Assembly (NCBI GenBank): GCA_037131245.1
Contig: JBAXRK010000001.1
Coordinates: 88,385 to 152,384 of the forward strand
Source of the DNA: Candidatus Omnitrophota bacterium
GTDB lineage: Bacteria; Omnitrophota; Gorgyraeia; Zapsychrales; Fredricksoniimonadaceae
DNA: 64,000 nt
Reading direction: 5' to 3'
Shown: positions 55,779 through 64,000 of the stretch, in pieces
Numbering within the stretch: the first letter of the stretch is position 1
Layout of the letters: every line of letters starts with the position of its first letter
The notes under the pieces: model-generated
The model's database searches: none
Told to the model about the DNA's origin: nothing
The model's input: the letters and a program-made list of their open reading frames with translations, nothing else
Position numbers and translations under genes: made by a program

Positions 55779-57208
55779 TCCTGTTTAACGCAAGGCTTGA
55801 GATTAAACGCGCCCGGCTGGCCGAGCGCGGCATCAAGATTCATCCGGGCAGCATGATACTGCGCCAGCGCCGCCACATAACCGTCGCGGGCCTGCGCCAG
55901 CGTGGCCTGGGCGGCCGCCACCACCAGATGATCGGCCAGGCCTTCGCCGAAACGCCGTCCAGCGAGGTCCATTTCCCGGCGGGAAAGTTCCACGATACGC
56001 GCCGCGGTCACCGCCTGGTCGGTACTATCCATCATGGTCCATAGCGCTTTACGCACGTCCTCCTCAACCTGGCGCTTGAGATCATCACGCATCAGTTCCG
56101 CCTGGCGCTTGATACTGGCCGCCTCTTTGATCTCACCCACCACCCGCCCGCCTTCGAACAAAGGCATGGTAGCCCCGATCATGATGCCACTGGTCCGCTG
56201 GTCGCCATGCCGCGGCCCGACGCCGCTAACACCGTAATTACCGGAAACCGCGACGACCGGGAACCATTCGCCGCGCGCGCCCTTAAGCGCGAAACCGGCC
56301 GCCCGCACGCGCTCTTCGGCGACACGCATATCAACCCGCTGCCGGGTGGCCAAAGCCAGGGCTTGATCGACCGGTGGTAAATCTTCGGGTACAAAACAAA
56401 GGCAATCCGTCAACCGGATAACATCATCGTAAGGAAGGCCGGCCAAACGCTGAACTTCCAGATAGGCATCGTGCAATCCCGTCCGGGACCGCTGCAAGCG
56501 CAACTGGTCTTCCGCCAAGCGGGTCGTGGCCCGCGCCACATCAATAGCCGCCGCCGTACCGGCCTGTTGCAGGGCCTGGGCCTGGCGCAACAAGCGCTCA
56601 CTGAGCGCCACACCGGCCTGCGCCGCTTGATACGCGCCCTGGGCACGCAGCGCGTCAAGATATGCCAGCGCCGCCGCCAATACCGTATGCTGGGAAGCCA
56701 GGTCTTTTTCGTAACGGGCCGTCTTCACCCGGGCCCGCCCGGTTTGAAAACGGGAAATAGCGCCGATATCAATGATCTTCTGCTCCAGCTTAAACCGGGC
56801 GTCAAAAGTATTAAAAGGCCCAATGACCCCGAACCCGCTCAAGCCCTGGGCTTCAAGATTTTCCTTGAACGTCCGCGACTGGGAAACGCCGCCCTCCAGA
56901 TGGGGCAGCAACGAAGAAAGGGACTGCAGGCTATGCCCCAACGCTTCATTAATTTTTTCCCGGCTGAGTTTTTCCTCCAGGCGCCGCTTCCCGGCAGTCT
57001 TGACCAGGTCGCCGAGTGACAGGCCCTCGGCCAACGGACCCGCCTCCAGCAAACGTTCATGGCTGAAAGGGCGCACCGATCCCGTCTCGAGAAATGCATC
57101 GACCCGCGCGGGCGCGTCAATGTCGGATGCCGGCTCGGGACCACCAGCCAGCGCAACCCCGGCCAGGCAGCACACCGCGCCCATGAATAATAATGTCCTT
57201 CTTTTCAA
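55775..57208 (-). CDS. TolC-family outer membrane efflux protein
   Basis: The product is 477 aa with the signal peptide (L)KRRTLLFMGAVCCLAGVALA. It has two OEP-like repeats rich in A/L/Q/R. The start is TTG 57208 with a GAAGGAAAG SD. Confidence 0.8.
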   Translation of the reverse strand: MKRRTLLFMGAVCCLAGVALAGGPEPASDIDAPARVDAFLETGSVRPFSHERLLEAGPLAEGLSLGDLVKTAGKRRLEEKLSREKINEALGHSLQSLSSLLPHLEGGVSQSRTFKENLEAQGLSGFGVIGPFNTFDARFKLEQKIIDIGAISRFQTGRARVKTARYEKDLASQHTVLAAALAYLDALRAQGAYQAAQAGVALSERLLRQAQALQQAGTAAAIDVARATTRLAEDQLRLQRSRTGLHDAYLEVQRLAGLPYDDVIRLTDCLCFVPEDLPPVDQALALATRQRVDMRVAEERVRAAGFALKGARGEWFPVVAVSGNYGVSGVGPRHGDQRTSGIMIGATMPLFEGGRVVGEIKEAASIKRQAELMRDDLKRQVEEDVRKALWTMMDSTDQAVTAARIVELSRREMDLAGRRFGEGLADHLVVAAAQATLAQARDGYVAALAQYHAARMNLDAALGQPGAFNLKPCVKQE

Positions 57209-57223
57209 AAGAGGCTTTCCTTC

Positions 57224-57565
57224 TTATTTCTGCCGGGCTTCGCGCCGGTCATGACGACGGGTACGCTTGTCCTTCTTGAGGTCCTGCTTCTCGCCGTGCG
57301 CCTTGGCGCGGTCCGCTTTCAACTGGGCGCGGGCGGCCTTGACCTTCGCCGGATCTCCGGACGCCTTGGCTTCTTTAAGCGCCTGGCGGTCGGCCTTGAT
57401 GGTCGCGTTCTCTTCCTTCAGGTCAGCCCGGTCCTCCTTGATATCCTGCGTATCTTTGGATATCTGGCTATTGACCGTCTCCTGCGCGCGTACCGGCGAA
57501 GTTCCGACTAAAACCATCCCAAACAACGCCGCTACGATGATCGAACCTGTTTTCAATGTTTTCAT
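57224..57565 (-). CDS. Small secreted Lys/Asp/Ala-rich helical protein (113 aa)
   Basis: It has the signal peptide MKTLKTGSIIVAALFGMVLVGTSPVRAQ. The mature part has repeated KxDRxxLK segments (IKEDRADLK, IKADRQALK, LKADRAKAH). The start is ATG 57565 with a GGGTGGGGG SD. Confidence 0.55.
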   Translation of the reverse strand: MKTLKTGSIIVAALFGMVLVGTSPVRAQETVNSQISKDTQDIKEDRADLKEENATIKADRQALKEAKASGDPAKVKAARAQLKADRAKAHGEKQDLKKDKRTRRHDRREARQK

Positions 57566-57655
57566 ACAACCCCCACCCGTAACAACGTTAGAATTAAATT
57601 TACCCGTAATTTTATTACGTATTCCCCGTTCCAACAAGGTAATTCAACAGCGCGT

Positions 57656-59614
57656 TCATTCGTAACGCAACGCTTCGATCGGATTAAGTTCCGCCGCCTG
57701 GATGGCCGGCCGCAATCCGAAAACCACGCCGACCGCGATAGAAAATCCGGTCGCCATCAGGATCGACCCCAAAGACACCGCGGTCGACCAGCCCGCCACC
57801 GCGGAAAGCAGCGCCGCCGCGCCCACGCCCAGCACGATGCCGATCAGCCCGCCGGTCACCGTCATCAAGACCGCCTCGATCAGGAACTGCGAAATAATAT
57901 CCGACCGCCGGGCGCCGATCGCCTTGCGCAGGCCGATCTCGCGCGTGCGTTCGGTCACCGACACCAGCATGATATTCATGATCCCGATCCCGCCGACCAA
58001 CAGCGAGATCGCCGCGATGGACCCCAACAGCAGGGTCATCGTCTGCGTCGTGCTTTCCAGCGTCGCCTGGATTTCGGCCATATTACGGATCTGAAAAGAA
58101 TCCTCCTTATCTTTTTCCAGCTTGTGGCGCTTGATGATCAATTCTTTTAACGAATCCTGGGCGGCGTCCATCAACGACGGATCGGCGACCTCCGCGTCGA
58201 TGGAATCCACATATTGCTTGCCCAGCAAACGGAACATAGCGGTCGTTACCGGCACGATCACCACATCATCGTCATCATGCCAACCGGTCGCGCCTTTCTC
58301 CGGCAGTACCCCGATCACTTTGAACGTGACCCGGTTGATCCGGATATCCCGGCCCAAAGGATCTTCCTCGCCAAAAAGCTGACGCACCACCGTCATCCCC
58401 ACCAGGGCCACGCGCTGGCGCATCCGTAATTCTTCATCGGTAAAAAATCGCCCCACGGTCGGGACCGACGCCCGCATCGACGCGTAGTCCACCCCCGTCC
58501 CCTGCACGGACGTGCTCCAGTTCTTGTCGGCCGCGACCAACTGCGCGCGCCCGGAAACCGACGGTGAAACACGTTTGATCTCGGGCAAGCGCGCCATCGC
58601 CTGGGCATCATCCAGCGTGAAGCGCGTGACCGCGCCCGCGCCCAATGAAACCCCGCCCATTTGAGAAGAGCCGCTTCTGACCATCAGTAAATTCGACCCC
58701 AATGAGGCCAGGCGCTTGGTAATGGAATCCCTGGCGCCCTGGCCAAGCGCGAGCATCGCGATGACCGCCGCGACGCCAATGAGGATCCCCAGCATGGATA
58801 GAAAAGACCTCATCCGGTTGGAAAGGATCGCGCCCACCGACTGGCGCACGTGGTCCGCCAGCTCCGCCCGTCCGACCGCGTGGGCGCCACCCGACAACGC
58901 CGCTTCGATCGGCGAAAGGTCCACCGCGACGGGCGGTACCGCGCCCGCCTGGCGCTCATCGGAAATGATCTTGCCGTCGCGCATCAGAATGATCCGCCCG
59001 GCATGCTCGGCCATTTCCCGTTCGTGGGTCACCATGACAATGGTCTTACCCTGGGCGTTAAGTTTCTTTAAGATCATGACGATCTCGGCTTCGCTTTTCG
59101 TATCCAGGTTGCCCGTTGGTTCATCGGCAAAAATGATCAGCGGCTCATTGACCAGCGACCGGGCGATCGCCACCCGCTGCCGTTCACCGCCGGAAAGTTC
59201 ATTGGGCTGATGGCCGGCGCGTGCTTCCAGCCCCACCTCTTTGATCTTCTCCAGGGCGCGGCCGCTGGAAGACTGCTTGCCGGCATAGGTCAACGGTAAG
59301 GCCACGTTGTCCAGCGCGGTGATCCGCGGAAGCAAATGGAATTGCTGAAATACAAAACCGGCGATCCCGTTACGCAGCGCGGCCAGCTGATCATCACCCA
59401 GGCGGCTGATGTCCCGCCCGTTAAGCAAATAGGCGCCGCTATCCGGGCGGTCCAAAAAGCCCAGAACGTGGAGCATCGTCGACTTGCCGGATCCCGACGG
59501 CCCCATGATCGCCACGAACTCACCGGGCGCGATCTTGACCGACACATCCCGCAGCGCGCGCACCTGTTCGGACCCCATCTGATATGTCTTGCTAACGTTC
59601 TTAAGTTCTATCAT
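57656..59614 (-). CDS. macB: MacB-type ABC transporter (fused ATPase and FtsX-like permease)
   Basis: It has Walker [10 protein letters not shown], the ABC signature [15 protein letters not shown] and Walker [16 protein letters not shown] helix, a large periplasmic domain and an FtsX-type C-terminal bundle follow. Confidence 0.9.
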   Translation of the reverse strand: MIELKNVSKTYQMGSEQVRALRDVSVKIAPGEFVAIMGPSGSGKSTMLHVLGFLDRPDSGAYLLNGRDISRLGDDQLAALRNGIAGFVFQQFHLLPRITALDNVALPLTYAGKQSSSGRALEKIKEVGLEARAGHQPNELSGGERQRVAIARSLVNEPLIIFADEPTGNLDTKSEAEIVMILKKLNAQGKTIVMVTHEREMAEHAGRIILMRDGKIISDERQAGAVPPVAVDLSPIEAALSGGAHAVGRAELADHVRQSVGAILSNRMRSFLSMLGILIGVAAVIAMLALGQGARDSITKRLASLGSNLLMVRSGSSQMGGVSLGAGAVTRFTLDDAQAMARLPEIKRVSPSVSGRAQLVAADKNWSTSVQGTGVDYASMRASVPTVGRFFTDEELRMRQRVALVGMTVVRQLFGEEDPLGRDIRINRVTFKVIGVLPEKGATGWHDDDDVVIVPVTTAMFRLLGKQYVDSIDAEVADPSLMDAAQDSLKELIIKRHKLEKDKEDSFQIRNMAEIQATLESTTQTMTLLLGSIAAISLLVGGIGIMNIMLVSVTERTREIGLRKAIGARRSDIISQFLIEAVLMTVTGGLIGIVLGVGAAALLSAVAGWSTAVSLGSILMATGFSIAVGVVFGLRPAIQAAELNPIEALRYE

Positions 59615-59623
59615 CCGCCACCC

Positions 59624-60595
59624 TTAATGCGCCCCGCCGCCCCGCCGAGCGCCACCCGGCGTCGGCATGAAGGGATTACTCCCGGCAGCGGCCTTGCCGG
59701 CCTTGAACGAAGTAACCGCGATAAGGACCCGGTCCTCGGCGGTCACGCCGCCCAACACCTGAACATTCTCCCCGTCCGATAACCCAAGCTGCACCTCACG
59801 GTTTTCCGGCTTTGCCCCGCGCCCCTGCCCCACCAGCACATAATTCTTTCCGGCATCTTTTTTAACCGCCTGTTGCGGGATCAGCAGCAGGCCGTCTTTT
59901 TTTTCCTGAACAATGGTCACATTCGCGCTCATGCCGGAACGGAAAACACCCGGAACCTCGGCGGGAACAATATCCACCGTATAGATCGTTACATTGCTGA
60001 CGGTCCTTGATTCAAAAGAAACATGGCCTACCCTGGCTTTAACAACGATCTGGGGATACGCGTCGAGCGCGATCACCGCTTCCTGCCCGAGCTTCACTTT
60101 ACCGATATCCGTCTCGTCTACCTGCGCCTGAACGATCAGCCGGTCGGAAAGGACCAGCACCGCGTCCGCCTGGGTTACCGTCTGGCCGGGTTCCACGCCC
60201 TTCACGATGACGTCGCCATCGATCGGCGCGATCAGCGGCGTCGGCTTATAAACTTCCTCCCACTTCTTCGCGGTCGCCGCGCCCTGCAGCCGCGCCGCGT
60301 CGATCAGCGCCGCCCGGTCGGTCGAGCTCATGAGCGCCAGGATAGCGCCGGACTTCACTCGCTGCCCCTCTTCCACCAGGATCTTGTCAATACGGCCGCT
60401 GATAGGCGGCTTGATCTCCAGCCGATTCTGCGGCTGCACCGTGCCGGTCGCCGTGATCGCGCTTTCGATCGTCCCGTAAAAAGGGCTGACGCGCTTGTAC
60501 GCTACGTCTTTTGCCCGGCTCTTGCCGGCATACCACCAGCCTCCAGCGCCAAGCGCTGCCACTACACACAAGATCATGATATTTCGTTTATTCAT
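59624..60595 (-). CDS. macA: MacA-like periplasmic adaptor (membrane fusion protein)
   Basis: It has an N-terminal anchor, MNKRNIMILCVVAALGAGGWWY, and a barrel-sandwich motif (EIKPPISGRIDKILVEEGQRVKSGAILALM). Its ATG overlaps the TolC gene's stop by 8 nt. Confidence 0.75.
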   Translation of the reverse strand: MNKRNIMILCVVAALGAGGWWYAGKSRAKDVAYKRVSPFYGTIESAITATGTVQPQNRLEIKPPISGRIDKILVEEGQRVKSGAILALMSSTDRAALIDAARLQGAATAKKWEEVYKPTPLIAPIDGDVIVKGVEPGQTVTQADAVLVLSDRLIVQAQVDETDIGKVKLGQEAVIALDAYPQIVVKARVGHVSFESRTVSNVTIYTVDIVPAEVPGVFRSGMSANVTIVQEKKDGLLLIPQQAVKKDAGKNYVLVGQGRGAKPENREVQLGLSDGENVQVLGGVTAEDRVLIAVTSFKAGKAAAGSNPFMPTPGGARRGGGAH

Positions 60596-61844
60596 CGACC
60601 GTCTCCCCTTTAGCCTGAAGCCAGGCGGCCTCAGAAATAAACGCGCTGGTTTTTGCCTGCAGTAACGCCTTCTGGTTCCTCACCAGGTCATCTTCAATGA
60701 TCGTCCAGTCATTAAAGGTCGCCAGCCCCGACTTGTACTGGGCCTCAACAATATCGGCGCGCTGCCGCGCCGCCTGATAAAACTTATCCTGCACCAGGGC
60801 CTGGTCAACATCATTAAGCCACTGTGTCCAGTTCTCGGCCAAGGTCAGGATCACGCCGTCACGCCCGCTACGCTCATCCGCCTCGGACTGCCGGTAACCG
60901 GCTTTAGCTTTGGCCAGCGCGGCCTGCTGCTGCCCGCCCGCAAACAGCGGAAAACTCACCCTAAGGCCCGCCGACCAATTCTCGGTCCGCGGCAGCCAGA
61001 ACGCATCGCTCTTGCCCGCGCCGGCGTCAGCATAGACCTGCGGGAAAAAATCCGACCGTGACGCCTTAAGGCCAAAACGCGCGGCCTCTTTCCTAGCCGT
61101 GAGGTCTTTTAAGAACGGCGTTGTCTCCACCAGCTGCTCGAAGGCGGGCTTGCCGCGATCGATCGTTCCCACCGACAATTTACCCGACACTTTAACCGGC
61201 GCAAAGACGGAACGCCCGAGTTCCTTGGTCAGCCGCCGCTGATACAACTCAACGCTGCGCTCGGCCTCAACCGAGTCGAGTCCCGCCTGCGCCGCATTGG
61301 CCTCGGCGGTCATCAGCGAACCCTTGTGTTCACGTCCCCCCTGATACTGCAGGGCCACCATGTCCAGGTTCTGCTGACGCCGCTGCCGGATATTTTTTGT
61401 CAGGCCCACATTCTCCTGCGCGCTTAGCAACCCGACGAACGCGCTCCGCAAACGCAGGCGCACGTCCGATGAAGCCACCTGGTAATTATATTGCGCCGAC
61501 TTCACCCGCTCCCGCGCGGCGGCCAGCTCATTGGAAGTTTTAAAACCGTCAAACAATAATTGACTGCCGCTGACACCCAGCGAATAATTCTCGGTTTTCG
61601 CCCGCCCGGCTGTCTTCGACACATCAGCACCGGCACTGGCCGATAACTGAGGCAAAGCGCCGCTGCGGGTAAGAGCTTTATCTGCTTGGGCCGCGTTCAC
61701 TTTCTCACGGGCCGAGATCAGGTCGGGATGACGCAGCCGGGCTTCCTTAATACAATCCGCCCAGGTCAACACTTCCTGCGCCTGCGCCCGACCGACGACA
61801 AGCACGCAGGCCAACCCTGCCATCAATAGACGTTTAAACACCAC
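60588..61844 (-). CDS. TolC-family outer membrane protein (second copy)
   Basis: The product is 418 aa with the signal peptide (V)VFKRLLMAGLACVLVVGRAQA and an OEP repeat pattern. The start is GTG 61844 with an AGAGGGG SD. Confidence 0.8.
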   Translation of the reverse strand: MVFKRLLMAGLACVLVVGRAQAQEVLTWADCIKEARLRHPDLISAREKVNAAQADKALTRSGALPQLSASAGADVSKTAGRAKTENYSLGVSGSQLLFDGFKTSNELAAARERVKSAQYNYQVASSDVRLRLRSAFVGLLSAQENVGLTKNIRQRRQQNLDMVALQYQGGREHKGSLMTAEANAAQAGLDSVEAERSVELYQRRLTKELGRSVFAPVKVSGKLSVGTIDRGKPAFEQLVETTPFLKDLTARKEAARFGLKASRSDFFPQVYADAGAGKSDAFWLPRTENWSAGLRVSFPLFAGGQQQAALAKAKAGYRQSEADERSGRDGVILTLAENWTQWLNDVDQALVQDKFYQAARQRADIVEAQYKSGLATFNDWTIIEDDLVRNQKALLQAKTSAFISEAAWLQAKGETVDE

Positions 61845-61953
61845 AAGAACCCCTCTGCTGTCTGTTTCGCTACAATAGCCACATTATCGCACTTCTATGG
61901 CTTAGACACACCATATGAAATATTAGTTTCATTAAGGCCTGTCCAAGGCGGAG

Positions 61954-61983
61954 TGAAACTTTTCCTCATTTGCCACTGTCTAA
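61954..61983 (+). promoter_or_regulatory. Candidate ECF-type (autoregulatory) promoter upstream of the sigma factor gene
   Basis: The sequence reads gTGAAACTTttcctcatttgccacTGTCTAa. It has an AAC-containing -35 element and a TGTCT/TCTAA -10 element, spaced 16-17 nt apart. This resembles sigmaE/sigmaW-class promoters. It lies about 50 nt upstream of ATG 62032. Confidence 0.4.
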
Positions 61984-62031
61984 GCCAATAGAACGGCACC
62001 TGGATGACACAAATAGGGCCGATAAGCTATA

Positions 62032-62604
62032 ATGATGACTATGGCAGACGCGGCAGAACAGGAACAGGAGCTGATCGAACGGGCGCTGGCGGGCGATATC
62101 AACGCCTTCGAGGCGATCTACCGCGCGCACAGCGGCATGGTGTACAGCGTCGCTTACCGGATCGTGAATAATGCCGGCGACGCGGAGGAAGTAACGCAGG
62201 ATGTGTTTATGAGCATGCACCAGAACCTTAAGAACTTTCGCGGCAACTCCAGCCTCAAAACCTGGGCCTACCGTATTACCGTCAACCGGTCGCTCAACGC
62301 GCTCCGGCGCGCCGGCCGCATCCGTTCCCGCGAACAGCTTTTCGACCATGACGTCAACCCCGATGACCTGCCGAATAATATCGATCAGAATATCGAAGCG
62401 AGCGCCGCGCAGGAAAAGGCGGCCGAACTTTTAAACGCCCTTGATCCCGAAAAACGCGCCTGCCTGACGCTCAGGGCCATTGATGGCCTGAGTTACGAAG
62501 AGATCAGCGCGGCGCTGGGCATCAATATCAATACCGTGCGCACGCGCCTTAAACGCGCCAGAGAATTCCTTCTTAACAGGGAAAAAACCGGGGCCAGGCC
62601 ATGA
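62032..62604 (+). CDS. ECF (group IV) RNA polymerase sigma factor
   Basis: Region 2 reads DAEEVTQDVFMSMHQNLKNFRGNSSLKTWAYRITVNRSLNALRR. Region 4 reads LSYEEISAALGININTVRTRLKRAREFL. Three in-frame ATG codons are possible starts, at 62032, 62035 and 62041. Confidence 0.9.
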   Translation: MMTMADAAEQEQELIERALAGDINAFEAIYRAHSGMVYSVAYRIVNNAGDAEEVTQDVFMSMHQNLKNFRGNSSLKTWAYRITVNRSLNALRRAGRIRSREQLFDHDVNPDDLPNNIDQNIEASAAQEKAAELLNALDPEKRACLTLRAIDGLSYEEISAALGININTVRTRLKRAREFLLNREKTGARP

Positions 62605-63095
62605 CGAACTGCCAGCACATCCAGGACGTCCTTTTGACCGACTATCTTGACGGCCGACTGCCCGCCGGCGAACTGTCCGGCATCAATGCGCACCTGTCCG
62701 GCTGCGCTGCCTGCCGGTCCGCGCTGGAAGCCGCCCGCGCCAACGAAGACCTTTTGCGCGACACCCCGGCCTTAACACCACCCGATTCCCTATGGACGGA
62801 CATCCGCGCGGGCATCGAATCCCGTGAGGAACAACGCACGTTCTGGACAGAGGGCCTCGCCTTCCTGTTCGGCGCGCCGCGGCGCGCGGCCGTTACCGCG
62901 CTGGCTACCATGGTCATCCTGGCCGGCGCGACACTGCCGATGCTTCTTGGCCTGCAAGGCAGGCAACAGTCTTCTACAGCCTCCGCCGCCCTGATCGCGT
63001 TCCTCGATGAGCGCGACCAGGTCACAGCGCTCAACAATATCGACCTCGATACAGCATCAGAATATTTATTAAACGACAAAGGAGACGCCATATGA
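62601..63095 (+). CDS. Zinc-binding (ZAS) anti-sigma factor, single-pass membrane protein
   Basis: It has the Hx3Cx2C motif INAHLSGCAAC and the central TM helix AAVTALATMVILAGATLPMLL. Its ATG overlaps the sigma gene's stop (ATGA). Confidence 0.8.
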   Translation: MTNCQHIQDVLLTDYLDGRLPAGELSGINAHLSGCAACRSALEAARANEDLLRDTPALTPPDSLWTDIRAGIESREEQRTFWTEGLAFLFGAPRRAAVTALATMVILAGATLPMLLGLQGRQQSSTASAALIAFLDERDQVTALNNIDLDTASEYLLNDKGDAI

Positions 63096-63601
63096 AAACC
63101 TACACCCCTCTTTTCGGACTGATCCTGCTAGCCGGGCTACTTGCCGCCTCGCCTGTACTGGCACAAGGCGCCGCGCCGGATAAGCCGGCAACACAGGAAC
63201 ACAAGGGCGACCATAAAGACCGCGCCGCCATGATGGAAAAAACGCTGCAGGAACTGGGACTGACGCCCGAGCAGAAAGAAAAAATGGCCGCCCTGCGTTC
63301 CGGCGGCGAAGGCAAACAGAAAGCCGCCTTTCAATCGATAAAAGCAAAGAAAGACGAACTTAAAGCCCTGCTCGACGGCCCGAATCCCGATGAGGCCAAA
63401 GCCAAAGCGCTGGCCGGCGAGATCTCGGCGCTCGAATCAACCATGATGCAGGCGCGCATTGACCATATCATCAAGCTGCGCCAGATCCTGACGCCGGAAC
63501 AGTTCAAGAAACTCGAGGAGATCCGCCAGAAACACCGGGCGGAACGCAAGGGTGAGTGGAAGAACGGCGGCCACGGCGAAGCCGGGCCGGAAGGGGAATA
63601 A
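63092..63601 (+). CDS. Periplasmic Spy/CpxP-family (LTXXQ) protein
   Basis: It has a signal peptide ending ASPVLAQ and two LTxxQ motifs (LTPEQKEKM and LTPEQFKKL). The product is helical and Lys/Glu-rich. An AAAGGAGA SD precedes the start. Confidence 0.8.
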   Translation: MKTYTPLFGLILLAGLLAASPVLAQGAAPDKPATQEHKGDHKDRAAMMEKTLQELGLTPEQKEKMAALRSGGEGKQKAAFQSIKAKKDELKALLDGPNPDEAKAKALAGEISALESTMMQARIDHIIKLRQILTPEQFKKLEEIRQKHRAERKGEWKNGGHGEAGPEGE

Positions 63602-63604
63602 CCG

Positions 63605-64000
63605 CTATTTGCGGTTATCCCATTTGCTGACGATCGCGCTGATCTTGTCCTGCACCTTGTCCTTGGTCTGGGCGTCGTTTAAGATCGACTCCAGCAAGCG
63701 CTCATGTTCTTCGGCCATGCGCAGGATATCAAGTTTGAGCTCCTCGTTCATCTTCTCCATGCGGACCTTTTCGATCGCGTGGCGCAGCGGGATGAGGAGT
63801 TTTTCTTTATCTTCGATCGGCTTTAAAATATAGTCGAACGCCCCGCCGCGCACCGCTTCCTGACAGGTCTCAAGCGTGCCAAACCCCGTTAGAAAGATCA
63901 CCGGGAGCATCCTGTTGTTCTCTTTAAGCCACGGCAGGATCTCGACGCCCTCCTTGCCGGGCATTTTCATGTCGCTGACCACCGCTTCAATGTCCGGCTT
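63605..64000 (-). CDS. Response regulator with a receiver domain and a C-terminal helical extension. The 5' end lies beyond the window.
   Basis: The frame stays open to position 64000 (..KPDIEAVVSDMKMPGKEG..). The segment VVSDMKMPG...VIFLTGFG...AFDYILKP is the central to C-terminal part of a REC domain. The track's start at 63982 is an internal GTG. Confidence 0.8.
   Translation of the reverse strand, partial: KPDIEAVVSDMKMPGKEGVEILPWLKENNRMLPVIFLTGFGTLETCQEAVRGGAFDYILKPIEDKEKLLIPLRHAIEKVRMEKMNEELKLDILRMAEEHERLLESILNDAQTKDKVQDKISAIVSKWDNRK

Noticed and set aside
61966-62349. A 127-aa minus-strand ORF in the divergent region.
   Set aside because: It lies antisense to the ECF sigma factor gene, whose regions 2 and 4 are clear. 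It has no SD and no motifs.

Overview
The window appears to come from an uncultivated bacterium, moderately GC-rich by eye. Every gene from position 1 to 61,844 is on the minus strand. The supplied ORF track misses the main feature. Positions 1-20,599 form one stop-free minus-strand reading frame of at least 6,866 codons. It starts at ATG 20599 and runs off the left edge of the window. The track lists only closed ORFs, so about a third of the window looks empty unless translated by hand. The track also uses GTG/TTG starts rendered as M. Hand translation of the giant gene shows, in order: an N-terminal C39-like Cys/His peptidase module; three Gly/Ala-rich hydrophobic blocks; long beta-rich and coiled-coil-like stretches; and a divergent SecA-like DEAD motor (MAGGKTT ... 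FIDEVH ... GYTGSAD). Immediately upstream on the same strand is an atypical Tad/Flp-like pilus locus (20,978-29,916). It has seven tandem Flp-type prepilin paralogs, four TadE/F/G-like pseudopilins (87, 120, 522 and 880 aa), and TadB- and TadC-like platform proteins. No ATPase, secretin or prepilin peptidase is visible in the window. A 577-aa orphan protein with an HTH-like N-terminus sits at the head of the locus. The octamer TGGACATT/AATGTCCA forms three palindromes, two in front of the giant gene and one at the start of the 577-aa gene. The giant gene next to a T2SS/Tad-like locus matches, from memory, what has been reported for Candidatus Omnitrophota metagenomes. That lineage assignment is inference only. 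The rest of the window looks ordinary. It holds a B12-radical SAM gene, crcB, a CNNM transporter, and the assimilatory sulfate-reduction operon cysH-D-N-J-I. Next is a translationally coupled envelope glycosylation/methylation cluster with glnS embedded in it. It also holds a CusRS-like two-component system with two small secreted proteins, and two tripartite efflux systems (MFS-type and MacAB-type, each with its own TolC). The only plus-strand genes are an ECF sigma, a ZAS anti-sigma and a Spy/CpxP-like gene, followed by a truncated response regulator at the right edge. No rRNA, tRNA, CRISPR array or clear mobile element was seen. All family calls rest on motifs read by eye. No database search was possible.
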